Assembly (NCBI GenBank): GCA_041666865.1
Contig: JBAYGD010000006.1
Location: 20,390-84,389, forward strand
DNA length: 64,000 nucleotides
From: Candidatus Omnitrophota bacterium
GTDB lineage: Bacteria; Omnitrophota; Omnitrophia; Omnitrophales; Aquincolibacteriaceae
Direction: 5' to 3'
Of this stretch, positions 16,598 to 25,926 are shown in pieces; the first letter of the stretch is position 1; the number at the start of each line of letters is the position of its first letter. Under the pieces are notes generated by a model. It was not told the origin of the DNA. It ran no database searches and worked only from the letters and a program-made list of their open reading frames with translations. A program made the position numbers and the translations under genes.

Positions 16598-17561
16598 ATT
16601 CCTTCTCTTTCTCAAACGCCGGGCTTGGCCGATCGCTTTTTCGATCCTGCTGTGTGGGGCGGTCCTTCTCGGGACTCTTTTCTACTGGTTTCCGTTTCAG
16701 GGGGCAAAAGCGCACTCGGTCATGATGGAGCACAAGGTCAGCAAGCTCAAAGAGGAGAGGGAGAGCCTTCAGAAGTTCTACGAAACCCTGAAACAGAAAT
16801 TCCAGGAGCTTGAGGCGGACCGCGACAACGTGCTCGTGCAGACCCGGCAGCTCCTCGGCGAGCGCGAAAAGTACGAGCAGTCCGTGGTCGAGCTCAATGC
16901 GGTGAAGGAAAAACAAAAAACGCTCACCGAAACGAATGCGGTTGTGACCGAGAAAATGACGGCTGCGGAAACGAAGGTCGCGGAGCTGCAGTCGAGCTAC
17001 GACGCTGCCCGGGCCGAGGCCGAATCCTCAAAGGCCAAGCTTGAGCGAACGACCCGCGAGAACGTCGAACTGGCCACGCGGTCTCAAAACACCGAAGCGG
17101 TCATCAATCAATATAAGCAAAAGGCGGAAGAAAACGAAAAATACAGCCCTCTTTTCAACTCCCTGAGCGTGGAGCACGAAGTGCTCAAGGAAAAATACAA
17201 GGCGCTCGAAGCGCGGCTCGGGGACATCCCCGGACAATTCTCTGAAATGGCCAAGGAAAACCAGGTTTTGATCCACGAGACGGCCGACATGCATTACAAT
17301 TTGGGGGTTTTTTACGCCAAGGAAAGGAATTATGAGCGCGCCCTCAAGGAGTTCCAGAAGGCCGTGGATATTGATCCGGGAGACGCCAAGGCCCATTATA
17401 ATCTCGGCTATATCTATGCCGACCACATGCAGGACAGGGCCCGGGCCGAGCTTCACTTCAAGACGTTCCTAGAGCTGGCCCCGGATGACCCCAACTCGGA
17501 CGCCGTCCGGAACTACATTATCAGCCGGGATGTTTTTAGCGCAAAAGTGTTGAAATCCTGA
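16590..17561 (+). CDS. Membrane-anchored coiled-coil plus TPR protein
   Basis: N-terminal TM segment, ~200 aa of heptad-rich coiled coil, and C-terminal TPRs (HYNLGVFYAKERNYERALKEFQKAVDIDP...). Overlaps the secretin stop by 8 nt. Confidence 0.6.
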   Translation: MIRFLLFLKRRAWPIAFSILLCGAVLLGTLFYWFPFQGAKAHSVMMEHKVSKLKEERESLQKFYETLKQKFQELEADRDNVLVQTRQLLGEREKYEQSVVELNAVKEKQKTLTETNAVVTEKMTAAETKVAELQSSYDAARAEAESSKAKLERTTRENVELATRSQNTEAVINQYKQKAEENEKYSPLFNSLSVEHEVLKEKYKALEARLGDIPGQFSEMAKENQVLIHETADMHYNLGVFYAKERNYERALKEFQKAVDIDPGDAKAHYNLGYIYADHMQDRARAELHFKTFLELAPDDPNSDAVRNYIISRDVFSAKVLKS

Positions 17562-17617
17562 AATAACGGTGGTAGCCTACTGGGCAATCAGCCATCCTAA
17601 CCTTAAGGAGTCCGCGT

Positions 17618-18370
17618 ATGAAAAAGGTCAGTCTACTTGTTTTGGCGGTTTTGTTTTTGAGCACTCAACTCTTGGGATTCTTGCCTGTGGCTTGTGCGCA
17701 ATCCGAAGGTGGGAAACCGTCCCCGGTTGCCCCTAAAATCTCGAAACAAGACGAAGAAGCGAGGGCTGCCCTGCGGAAAAAGATTCTGGAGAAGAAGGAC
17801 GAACTCAACGGGTCCGAGTGGGCCGTCGAGATCAAGTCGCGCTCCGCCAAAGGCGATTTTGCCGGGGAAGACACGCTGACCTTCCAGAACGATAAATTCC
17901 GCTCCGGGAAAACGGAAAAAAGCGGGTACACCGCAACCAATTATACCTTGACGGTTTCGGAGGAGGAAAACGGACCGACGGTATGGGAAACGATGCAGAC
18001 GTCGGCGAACGGGGAAATTACCTTCTGGCGCGGGGAGTGGAAGGATGATGTGATGACGGGCGTGATCAGCCGCCAGCTCAAAGAGGAGAAGGGCGTCGAG
18101 GAGTATTATTTTTCAAGCTCCTTGAAAAAAGAGATCCCCAAGACCACCGAGGAAACCGAAGAGCCAGCGGCTCCTGTGGCCTCCGAGGCCAAATCGGCGG
18201 CCTCGCCGATCCTGAGCAGCACGGCGGCCACCGCAGATTTAGGCAGCGCTGCCATAGAGAAGACGGGCGAAAAGATAGAAGAAAAGAAGACGGTAGCGGT
18301 GAGTGCCGAAGAGAAGAAGTTGGAAGAGAAAAAGGCTGCGGAAAAGAAGAAATCAGCCTGGCTCTTTTAG
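17618..18370 (+). CDS. Secreted hypothetical protein with Lys/Glu-rich C-terminal tail
   Basis: Signal peptide MKKVSLLVLAVLFLSTQLLGFLPVACAQS. C-terminal EKKxxEKK repeats. Last gene before the terminator. Confidence 0.55.
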   Translation: MKKVSLLVLAVLFLSTQLLGFLPVACAQSEGGKPSPVAPKISKQDEEARAALRKKILEKKDELNGSEWAVEIKSRSAKGDFAGEDTLTFQNDKFRSGKTEKSGYTATNYTLTVSEEENGPTVWETMQTSANGEITFWRGEWKDDVMTGVISRQLKEEKGVEEYYFSSSLKKEIPKTTEETEEPAAPVASEAKSAASPILSSTAATADLGSAAIEKTGEKIEEKKTVAVSAEEKKLEEKKAAEKKKSAWLF

Positions 18371-18402
18371 AGTCGTCGGTACTGTTTTAAACCAAAATAA
18401 CT

Positions 18403-18444
18403 GCAGGCAGGGGCGCGGGGGACCGCGCCCCTGCTTTTTTTTTA
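18403..18444. terminator. Rho-independent terminator, probably bidirectional
   Basis: GC stem GCAGGGGCGCGG/CCGCGCCCCTGC followed by a run of 10 T. An A-rich tract on the left flank would serve the convergent hsp20. Confidence 0.8.
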
Positions 18445-18452
18445 TTTCACGG

Positions 18453-18908
18453 TTATTTCACTTCCACATTGATTTGCTTGGGCTGACTGCTTTCGACCTT
18501 CGGTAAAGCGACTTCGAGGACGCCGTCCTTGTAGGCCGCCTTGACCTTGTCGGCCTGGATCTCGGTCGGAAATTCAAGGGTCCGCGAGAAAGCGCCAAAG
18601 GAGCGTTCTGAGTAAAAATATCCCTTCTCTTTGTCTTGGGTCTCTTTTTCGTATTTTCTTTCGCCCTTCAGCGTGAGCTGATTCCCCTTGACCGAAATGT
18701 TGAAATCCTCCCGCTTCAATCCGGGCAGATCGGTCTGAAGGATATAATGATCCGCTTCCTCTCTGACCTCGATCGAGGGCTCGAACCCTCTCGCCCATTG
18801 ATCCTTATGGGTGAGCGAGCGGTTGAACGCGTGGTTCATCTCACTTTGAAGGTCTAGGAGCATGTCGAATGGATCCCAAGGTTCCTGAGTTCGTTTCACG
18901 ATATTCAT
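18453..18908 (-). CDS. Small heat-shock protein, Hsp20/alpha-crystallin family
   Basis: 151 aa. Alpha-crystallin domain motifs (PSIEVREEADHYILQTDLPGLKREDFNISV ... AYKDGVLEVALPK). Confidence 0.9.
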   Translation of the reverse strand: MNIVKRTQEPWDPFDMLLDLQSEMNHAFNRSLTHKDQWARGFEPSIEVREEADHYILQTDLPGLKREDFNISVKGNQLTLKGERKYEKETQDKEKGYFYSERSFGAFSRTLEFPTEIQADKVKAAYKDGVLEVALPKVESSQPKQINVEVK

Positions 18909-19172
18909 GGTAGCCTCCTCCTTTTAACGATGGTTAATTTTGACGTATCCACTTCGTCAAATTCAAAAACTATGCCAACGATCTATCATTACTTAAGCCA
19001 TTTATATAACTATCGTTACAACATTATTTGACTGGGTAATGGGCTGGATCAGAAACGACTCAAGTCGCGTCGGTGTGTTATTATGGCGCACCATTTTAAA
19101 TGCTGAAGATTCCACGGAACTTTCGGCCATCCTGGAAGGTTAACAAGGGTAGAAGAAAGGAGGGGGTTCCCC

Positions 19173-19313
19173 ATGAATGCGATGACTCGAAAGGTAGTTC
19201 TAGGCATGATGGTTCTGGCTACGATGTGTTCCGCGTCGGGTGCCGCTCAAGCGTGCGGCGGCGGTGGCGGCGGAGGCGATAAAGCGCCGGCATCGGATGA
19301 AGCCGTAAAGTAG
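19173..19313 (+). CDS. Unannotated small secreted peptide (46 aa) with Gly7 tract
   Basis: Not in the ORF track (under 60 aa). ATG preceded by AAGGAGGGGG. Product MNAMTRKVVLGMMVLATMCSASGAAQA/CGGGGGGGDKAPASDEAVK has a signal-peptide-like N-terminus. Confidence 0.4.
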   Translation: MNAMTRKVVLGMMVLATMCSASGAAQACGGGGGGGDKAPASDEAVK

Positions 19314-19438
19314 ATCCAGGTTACAAGCTTGTCTCCCTCTGCAGGGACGGCCCAGTCGCTGTCCCTGCAGGTTCCCGCCTATTTTCCTTCAGAACCATTT
19401 CCAAGTACCGATAAATTGATTATCAGGGCCGGCTTTCT

Positions 19439-19816
19439 ATGAGAAAAATTTTATATGGGATGATTCTGCTTACGGCGTTCTCCGGTTGTTCTCAGGACTT
19501 CTGGAAGGCCAAGTACTATCTTTTCAAGGCGGAATCAGCCTTTGAAAAAGCGGAACACAAACGGACGGTGCAGAAAATTCCGCACGATCAACTGCGCGGC
19601 GAGTACGCCCGGGCTTGCGACGACTTTGTCCGGGCCTATATCGTCAATCCAAAAGTTTTTTTTCTCTATCACATCCAGCACGGTATCGACGCGTGCTGGC
19701 GCGGCGGTGAAAGCTTCAACCAGGAGAAGATGGAACGGTTCGAAAAGTCCTACATGAAAGAGCACCCTGTCGAGGCCGAATACGGCGAGATGGGGCTCGG
19801 AGGGCTGGAAGGTTGA
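19439..19816 (+). CDS. Hypothetical lipoprotein
   Basis: MRKILYGMILLTAFSGC gives a signal peptide plus lipobox Cys. 125 aa. Confidence 0.5.
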   Translation: MRKILYGMILLTAFSGCSQDFWKAKYYLFKAESAFEKAEHKRTVQKIPHDQLRGEYARACDDFVRAYIVNPKVFFLYHIQHGIDACWRGGESFNQEKMERFEKSYMKEHPVEAEYGEMGLGGLEG

Positions 19817-19955
19817 GCCTTCGCTGCACCGTGGAGCCCGAAGAGGCGAAGGACCGGCTGCTCGGGACCTATTGGACGATTTCGAAAAGGCAAACGGAGG
19901 CTTCGGTGGTTTTAGCGGACGAGCGATGGTTCCAAAATGTCACGGGCAGGCAGGG

Positions 19956-20561
19956 ATGAGGATTTCCGTTATTTTGGCGCATCCCTCGGCCGGAAGCTTC
20001 AACCATGCGATTGCCGAAACAGCGGTGAGGGTTTTGACCGCGTCCGGCCACGACCTTGTTTTCCACGATCTCTATCGGGAAAAATTCGATCCGGTGCTGA
20101 CGGCCGGAGAGATGGAGCATGGCCCGGACGAAGGGTCCCTCGTCGCTCTTCACTGTTGGGAAACGGTTCGTGCCAACGGGATCGTCATCATTCATCCAAA
20201 CTGGTGGGGTCAGCCGCCCGCGATCCTGAAAGGTTGGATCGACCGCGTACTGCGCCCAGGGGTGGCGTACCGCTTTGAAGAAAACGATCGCGGAGAGGGA
20301 GTGCCTGTGGGGCTTTTGAAAGCCAGGGCGGCTTTGATTTTCAACACCTCCAACACGCCGGAGGTCCGGGAAAATGCCGTGTTTGGCGATCCGCTCGAAG
20401 GTTTGTGGCGCCGATGCATTTTCGAACTTTGCGGGGTTCCCTCGGTGCGCCGGATCGTTTACCGGGTGGTCGTGACCAGCACGCAGGCCCAGCGGAAAGC
20501 CTGGCTGGACGAAGCGGCTGCTTCTGTCCGGGAATATTTTCGGGAGGGCTCGATCTCCTGA
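19956..20561 (+). CDS. Flavodoxin-like fold NAD(P)H dehydrogenase (quinone) family protein
   Basis: Track ORF trimmed to MRISVILAHPSAGSFNHAIAE, the typical Flavodoxin_2 N-terminus. WWGQPPAILKGWIDRV motif. Confidence 0.7.
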   Translation: MRISVILAHPSAGSFNHAIAETAVRVLTASGHDLVFHDLYREKFDPVLTAGEMEHGPDEGSLVALHCWETVRANGIVIIHPNWWGQPPAILKGWIDRVLRPGVAYRFEENDRGEGVPVGLLKARAALIFNTSNTPEVRENAVFGDPLEGLWRRCIFELCGVPSVRRIVYRVVVTSTQAQRKAWLDEAAASVREYFREGSIS

Positions 20562-20599
20562 TGGCGTCCGGGTGCGTTGGGGGTATATAATAGGAAGCC

Positions 20600-21535
20600 A
20601 TGAAAAAAGAAGAGAAGACCAAGGACCAACTCGAGAAGGAGCTGGTCCAGCTCAGCATTGAGCTGGCGTCCCGCAAGCTCATCGAGCGGCAAAGCGAGTG
20701 GATTTTTTCGCGGATCAAGGATGAGCGCTCCAAGCTTGCCGCTGTATTCAACTGCATGCCCAACGGGGTTGCCATCATCCGCGAAGACCACAGGGTCGAG
20801 TTCGAAAACCGGTGGATTCAGGATCGCTTTGGGGCCGAGAAGGAAAAAATTTGCTACAGGGACTACTTCCTGCGCGAGACTGCATGTCCCAACTGCGCGA
20901 TGAAGCGAGCGCTGCGGAGCGGCAAGCCCGAAGAAATTGAAATTAAGACCAAGAATGAACGCTGTTACAAAATGATCGCCTCCCCGATGGGCGAGGTCGA
21001 CGGCGTCCGCACCGTCGTCAAGATCATCATCGACGTGACGGAACAAAAGCGGGCGATTGAGGCCACGTTTCAAAGCCAGCAAAAGTACGTTGACCTTGTG
21101 AACAACATCAATGTCGGGGTCTACCGCGCCACCCCGGAGCCGGGCGGCCGGTTCCTCGAGGTCAATCCTGCGCTGGTGACCATCCTGGAAATGAAATCGA
21201 CCCGGGACCTCATCGGGCGGCTCGTGAGCGATTTCCACGTCAACCGTGTTCGGCGAAAAGAGATCAGCGACCAACTGACCGAGAGAGGGTTCGTCAAAAA
21301 GGAGGAGGCCGAGATGGTGTCGGGCAAGGGCCGCCGGTTCTGGGCTTCGATTACGGCCGTCCGGCGAGAAGACGCCGAGGGCGGCGTTTTTTTTGACGGG
21401 ATCATCGAGGATGTTACCGAACACAAGCTCGTCTTTGAGGAGACGCGGCGCCTGAATGAGGAGCTCAAAAAATCCAATGCTCGCTTGAAACGTCTTGCGT
21501 CGCGCAAGGAATCCCCAAGGAGGCTCGGGCAATGA
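20600..21535 (+). CDS. Cytoplasmic two-PAS-domain sensor protein without output domain
   Basis: N-terminal coiled coil and two PAS-like segments (VFNCMPNGVAIIRED... ; VNNINVGVYRATPE...). Cys pair CPNC. No kinase or GGDEF domain. Confidence 0.65.
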   Translation: MKKEEKTKDQLEKELVQLSIELASRKLIERQSEWIFSRIKDERSKLAAVFNCMPNGVAIIREDHRVEFENRWIQDRFGAEKEKICYRDYFLRETACPNCAMKRALRSGKPEEIEIKTKNERCYKMIASPMGEVDGVRTVVKIIIDVTEQKRAIEATFQSQQKYVDLVNNINVGVYRATPEPGGRFLEVNPALVTILEMKSTRDLIGRLVSDFHVNRVRRKEISDQLTERGFVKKEEAEMVSGKGRRFWASITAVRREDAEGGVFFDGIIEDVTEHKLVFEETRRLNEELKKSNARLKRLASRKESPRRLGQ

Positions 21536-21663
21536 CTTTTCAAAATTTATTTCCGTTCTGCCGTTGCGACACATCACACATCTGCCCCTTTTGCTGGGCC
21601 CTGACGGGCCTTTGCGCGGCGGGCCTCGTCCTGCTTCTCGTTTTTTTTATCCGTAAACGATAG
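21532..21663 (+). CDS. Unannotated 43-aa Cys-rich small membrane protein (CxC-x5-C-x2-C then a TM helix)
   Basis: ATG overlaps the PAS-protein stop (ATGA). AAGGAGG lies 7 nt upstream. Product MTFQNLFPFCRCDTSHICPFCWALTGLCAAGLVLLLVFFIRKR. Confidence 0.45.
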   Translation: MTFQNLFPFCRCDTSHICPFCWALTGLCAAGLVLLLVFFIRKR

Positions 21664-21678
21664 GGGCGGATCTCATCC

Positions 21679-22578
21679 ATGCAAACTTTTCACGTCAAGG
21701 AAAGCCGTCCGCTTTTGGCCTTTCTTCTGGAGGCTCTCGCAGGGACCCCGCGCACGAGAATCAAGGAGCACCTCCGCCTGAAGCGCGTCGCTGTCAACGG
21801 CAAGGCGGTCACGCAGTTCGATCAGCCGCTTGAAACCGGAGACAAGGTCGAAGTCGGAGCGCGCCACGGCGCTCCCGGCCGGATTTCGCCCGGATTCGGC
21901 ATCGAAATCCTGTATGACGATGACGCCGTTGTCGTGATTCATAAGCCTAACGGCCTTTTGAGCGTCGGGAGCGAGACCGTCCGGCATCGTACGGCCATCC
22001 GCGCCGTCAACGATTACCTGAACCGGGAGGCCTCCCACGCGGATATCCGGCGACGGGACCGGGCGATTCGGAGCAAAATGATATTTATCGTCCACCGGCT
22101 CGACCGGGAGGCCTCAGGGCTGATGGTTTTCGCGAAGACGGTTGAAGGCAAGCTCTTTCTGCAGGAACACTGGCACGAGTTTCGGAAAAAATACTTTGCC
22201 GTGGTGGAGGGGAGCCCGGCAGAACCGGAGGGGACGCTTTCCGGCTATTTAAAGGAAAACAAATTTCTGCGGGTGCATTCGGCACGCAAGGGGCCCGGGG
22301 CCCGGATGGCGGTCACGCACTATTCGACGGTCCGTACGAACGGCCGCCATTCGCTTCTCGAGGTCGAGCTTGGCACGGGCAGAAAGCACCAGATCCGCGC
22401 GCAGCTGGCTGAGGCGGGCCATCCCGTTGCGGGGGATGACCGTTACGGTGCGAAGACCGACCCTGCGGGGCGGCTGGCCCTGCACGCCTGCCGGCTCGAG
22501 TTTTGCCATCCGGTTACGGGTGCCCCGATGGTTTTTGATTCGCCTTTGCCTGAAACCTTTAAACGCATCATCGATTAG
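21679..22578 (+). CDS. RluA-family 23S rRNA pseudouridine synthase (RluC/D-like, N-terminal S4 domain)
   Basis: HRLDREASGLMVFAK catalytic motif. N-terminal S4-like RLKRVAVNGKAV. Confidence 0.85.
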   Translation: MQTFHVKESRPLLAFLLEALAGTPRTRIKEHLRLKRVAVNGKAVTQFDQPLETGDKVEVGARHGAPGRISPGFGIEILYDDDAVVVIHKPNGLLSVGSETVRHRTAIRAVNDYLNREASHADIRRRDRAIRSKMIFIVHRLDREASGLMVFAKTVEGKLFLQEHWHEFRKKYFAVVEGSPAEPEGTLSGYLKENKFLRVHSARKGPGARMAVTHYSTVRTNGRHSLLEVELGTGRKHQIRAQLAEAGHPVAGDDRYGAKTDPAGRLALHACRLEFCHPVTGAPMVFDSPLPETFKRIID

Positions 22579-22597
22579 ACCTAAGGAGTTACGAACG

Positions 22598-23713
22598 ATG
22601 AATGTTCAAGGTGTCCCGACACGTACCATTTGGCTCAAAAAGAAGGATCCCCGCGTGGTTCAGATAATCGATCAGCGCGCCCTTCCGCACCGCTTTGTCG
22701 TCGAAGACTTGAAGACCCTGGGCGACTGCTGCCGCGCCATCAAGGATATGCACCTTCGCGGGGCGCCGCTCATCGGCGTTGCCGCCGCCTACGGAATGTA
22801 TTTGGCTGCTCTCGACTCGCCCAAGGGCCTCGCGCCGGCGGCGTGGCGGGCCTGGATGCGAAAAGCGGGCGCCCGGTTGACGGAGACGCGCCCGACGGCG
22901 GTCAATTTGCGGATCGGAGTCGAGCGGGTCCTGGCCGAGATTTTGAAAATCGGCTCCCCAAGCCATGGAATTGAGGCCGCATGCGCCGCCGCTCGGTCGC
23001 TCGAGGCTGAAGAGATTGAAAATTGCCGCAGAATCGGCGAGCACGGCCTTACGGTCATCGAAAAAATCCATCGCGGAAAAAAGGGGCGGCCCGTCCAGAT
23101 TTTGACGCACTGCAACGCCGGCTGGCTTGCCTGTGTCGACTGGGGCACCGCGACCGCTCCGATGTACGCCGCTTTCAACAAAAAAATTCCGGTCCATGTG
23201 TGGGTCGACGAGACCCGGCCGCGCAATCAGGGTGCAAGCCTCACGGCGTGGGAGCTCGGTCAGCACGGCGTTCCCTACACGGTCATCGTGGACAATGCCG
23301 GCGGGCACCTGATGCAACACGGTTTAGTGGATCTTGTGATCGTCGGCTCTGACCGGACCACCGCCTCGGGGGACGTTGCCAACAAGATCGGGACCTATTT
23401 GAAAGCACTTGCCGCCAAAGACAACGGCGTTCCTTTTTATGCCGCGCTTCCTTCCACCACCATTGACTGGGACATGGACGACGGGGTCCGCGAAATTCCA
23501 ATCGAGGAGCGTGAATCGGAAGAAGTGACTCAGATTCAGGGCCTGGACGGCGGTGTGATCCGCAAGGTCCTTCTGACCCCAAAGGGCGCAAGGGCCGCCA
23601 ATTACGGTTTTGATGTGACGCCACGCCGGCTTGTGACGGGCATCATCACGGAGCGCGGGATTGCACGAGCGTCACGGGCGGGATTGCGAAAACTTTTTCC
23701 GAAAAAACAATAG
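22598..23713 (+). CDS. mtnA: Methylthioribose-1-phosphate isomerase (eIF-2B-like family)
   Basis: Track ORF trimmed to MNVQGVPTRTIWL (RBS AAGGAG). IDQRALPHRF, MHLRGAPLIGVAAAYG and VGSDRTTASGDVANKIGTY motifs. Confidence 0.75.
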   Translation: MNVQGVPTRTIWLKKKDPRVVQIIDQRALPHRFVVEDLKTLGDCCRAIKDMHLRGAPLIGVAAAYGMYLAALDSPKGLAPAAWRAWMRKAGARLTETRPTAVNLRIGVERVLAEILKIGSPSHGIEAACAAARSLEAEEIENCRRIGEHGLTVIEKIHRGKKGRPVQILTHCNAGWLACVDWGTATAPMYAAFNKKIPVHVWVDETRPRNQGASLTAWELGQHGVPYTVIVDNAGGHLMQHGLVDLVIVGSDRTTASGDVANKIGTYLKALAAKDNGVPFYAALPSTTIDWDMDDGVREIPIEERESEEVTQIQGLDGGVIRKVLLTPKGARAANYGFDVTPRRLVTGIITERGIARASRAGLRKLFPKKQ

Positions 23714-23740
23714 TTGTTCAGTCTCCACCGGTGGCATTGG

Positions 23741-23870
23741 GTCGACAAAGAAAGGTTTCTCCAAAACGCGCCTGCTTCGCTCGGAGCTCATGGACCTCAT
23801 GGGTTGTGCGCCGATCTCCTCGTCTTCGCAAGCGGCGCTAATTGTTTTTCCGAAACCTTTCTTCGTCTCC
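23741..23870 (+). repeat. Intergenic repeat element, copy 1 (~125-130 bp, terminal inverted repeats GAAAGGTTTC/GAAACCTTTC)
   Basis: About 92% identical to 57122..57260. Both copies lie on the + strand in 3' intergenic spacers. Confidence 0.75.
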
Positions 23871-23921
23871 TCAACCTTCCTCACCGGGGGTATCTGAACG
23901 TTTACAAAAACACATCTGTCA

Positions 23922-24473
23922 TTGAAAGAAATGAAAAATTTAACCTCTGTAGTTCTCCACACTGCTTTTGAACGAGCTCGCACTTACCGCCTTCCGGTTT
24001 TGATGACGTCGACAACCGGAAAGACGGCGAAGGCGATGTTGGATATCGTCAAGGATGCCCCCGTTCGCCTCATCGTGTTGACCCATGACCCAAGGAGAGT
24101 CGGCCCTCAAACAGCCTTTGACTTGGAAGTCAGGCAACGCCTTTTGGCAGGAGGGCATACTTTTCTGGAAGACGAAGCTCCATGGCTGCCTTCGATTACT
24201 ATAAGTCGTTTGCTTGAAATGGCTTTCAATTTATCAAGCCTCACGCCTCAGCAGCGTTTATGGACAAGAAAATACGGGATTGGCGGCAAGGTGTGTTTCC
24301 TTATGACACACAAAGTTATAAAAGCTGGATTACTCCGGACAGGTGAAAGTTGCGTTTGTCTCGGGGGAAGCCGTTCCGGCTGTGATACGGCGCTTCAAAT
24401 GAGGGTTTCTTGTCGAGGAAACCGGCTTTTTCCCGAGGTCGAATCGGTGCTTGTGAGCGCCCTAAAAAAATAA
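23922..24473 (+). CDS. Hypothetical protein (weak resemblance to pyruvate-kinase C-terminal alpha/beta domain)
   Basis: 183-aa ORF in a locally low-GC segment. LPVLMTSTTGKTAKAMLDIVKDAPVRLIVLTHDPRRVG pattern. No confident family assignment. Confidence 0.35.
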   Translation: MKEMKNLTSVVLHTAFERARTYRLPVLMTSTTGKTAKAMLDIVKDAPVRLIVLTHDPRRVGPQTAFDLEVRQRLLAGGHTFLEDEAPWLPSITISRLLEMAFNLSSLTPQQRLWTRKYGIGGKVCFLMTHKVIKAGLLRTGESCVCLGGSRSGCDTALQMRVSCRGNRLFPEVESVLVSALKK

Positions 24474-24485
24474 TCTCAAAAAAAG

Positions 24486-24513
24486 ATTGACATATTTTCC
24501 TGTTCCACTATAC
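24486..24513 (+). promoter_or_regulatory. Sigma-70-type promoter TTGACA-16-TATACT upstream of tRNA-Thr/tuf
   Basis: Near-consensus hexamers with 16-nt spacing, about 60 nt upstream of the tRNA. Confidence 0.55.
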
Positions 24514-24572
24514 TCACAACCTCATTTGTAGGGGAGGACTGTCTCCGTACGTTAATCTTCAGCGCATGATTT

Positions 24573-24645
24573 GCTGGAGTAGCTCAGTTGGTAGAGCACG
24601 TCCTTGGTAAGGACGAGGTCACGGGTTCAAGCCCCGTCTCCAGCT
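24573..24645 (+). tRNA. tRNA-Thr (anticodon GGT)
   Basis: 73-nt cloverleaf folded by hand. Acceptor GCTGGAG/CTCCAGC. Anticodon loop TTGGTAA. T-arm GGGTTCAAGCCCC. Confidence 0.85.
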
Positions 24646-24726
24646 GGAGAGCAAACGAGCGAAACAACGGCATATTCTAAACTCAGACAATCGAATCGAA
24701 AGCAGTCTCACTGAGGAGAACGGATC

Positions 24727-25926
<1,200 letters not shown>

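Noticed and set aside
19100-19282. Track ORF 19100..19282 (60 aa, Arg-rich)
   Set aside because: It has no RBS and a low-complexity RRRWRRRR tail. The overlapping frame at 19173..19313 has a strong SD and a signal-peptide-like product, so that one was preferred.
22370-22597. 5' extension of the mtnA ORF overlapping the pseudouridine synthase gene
   Set aside because: An internal Met at 22598 carries an AAGGAG RBS and matches the conserved MtnA N-terminus. The extension is Arg-rich nonsense.
23737-23880. Short ORFs (78-103 aa) across repeat copy 1
   Set aside because: The equivalent frames in copy 2 are disrupted or changed non-synonymously, so the element is judged non-coding.
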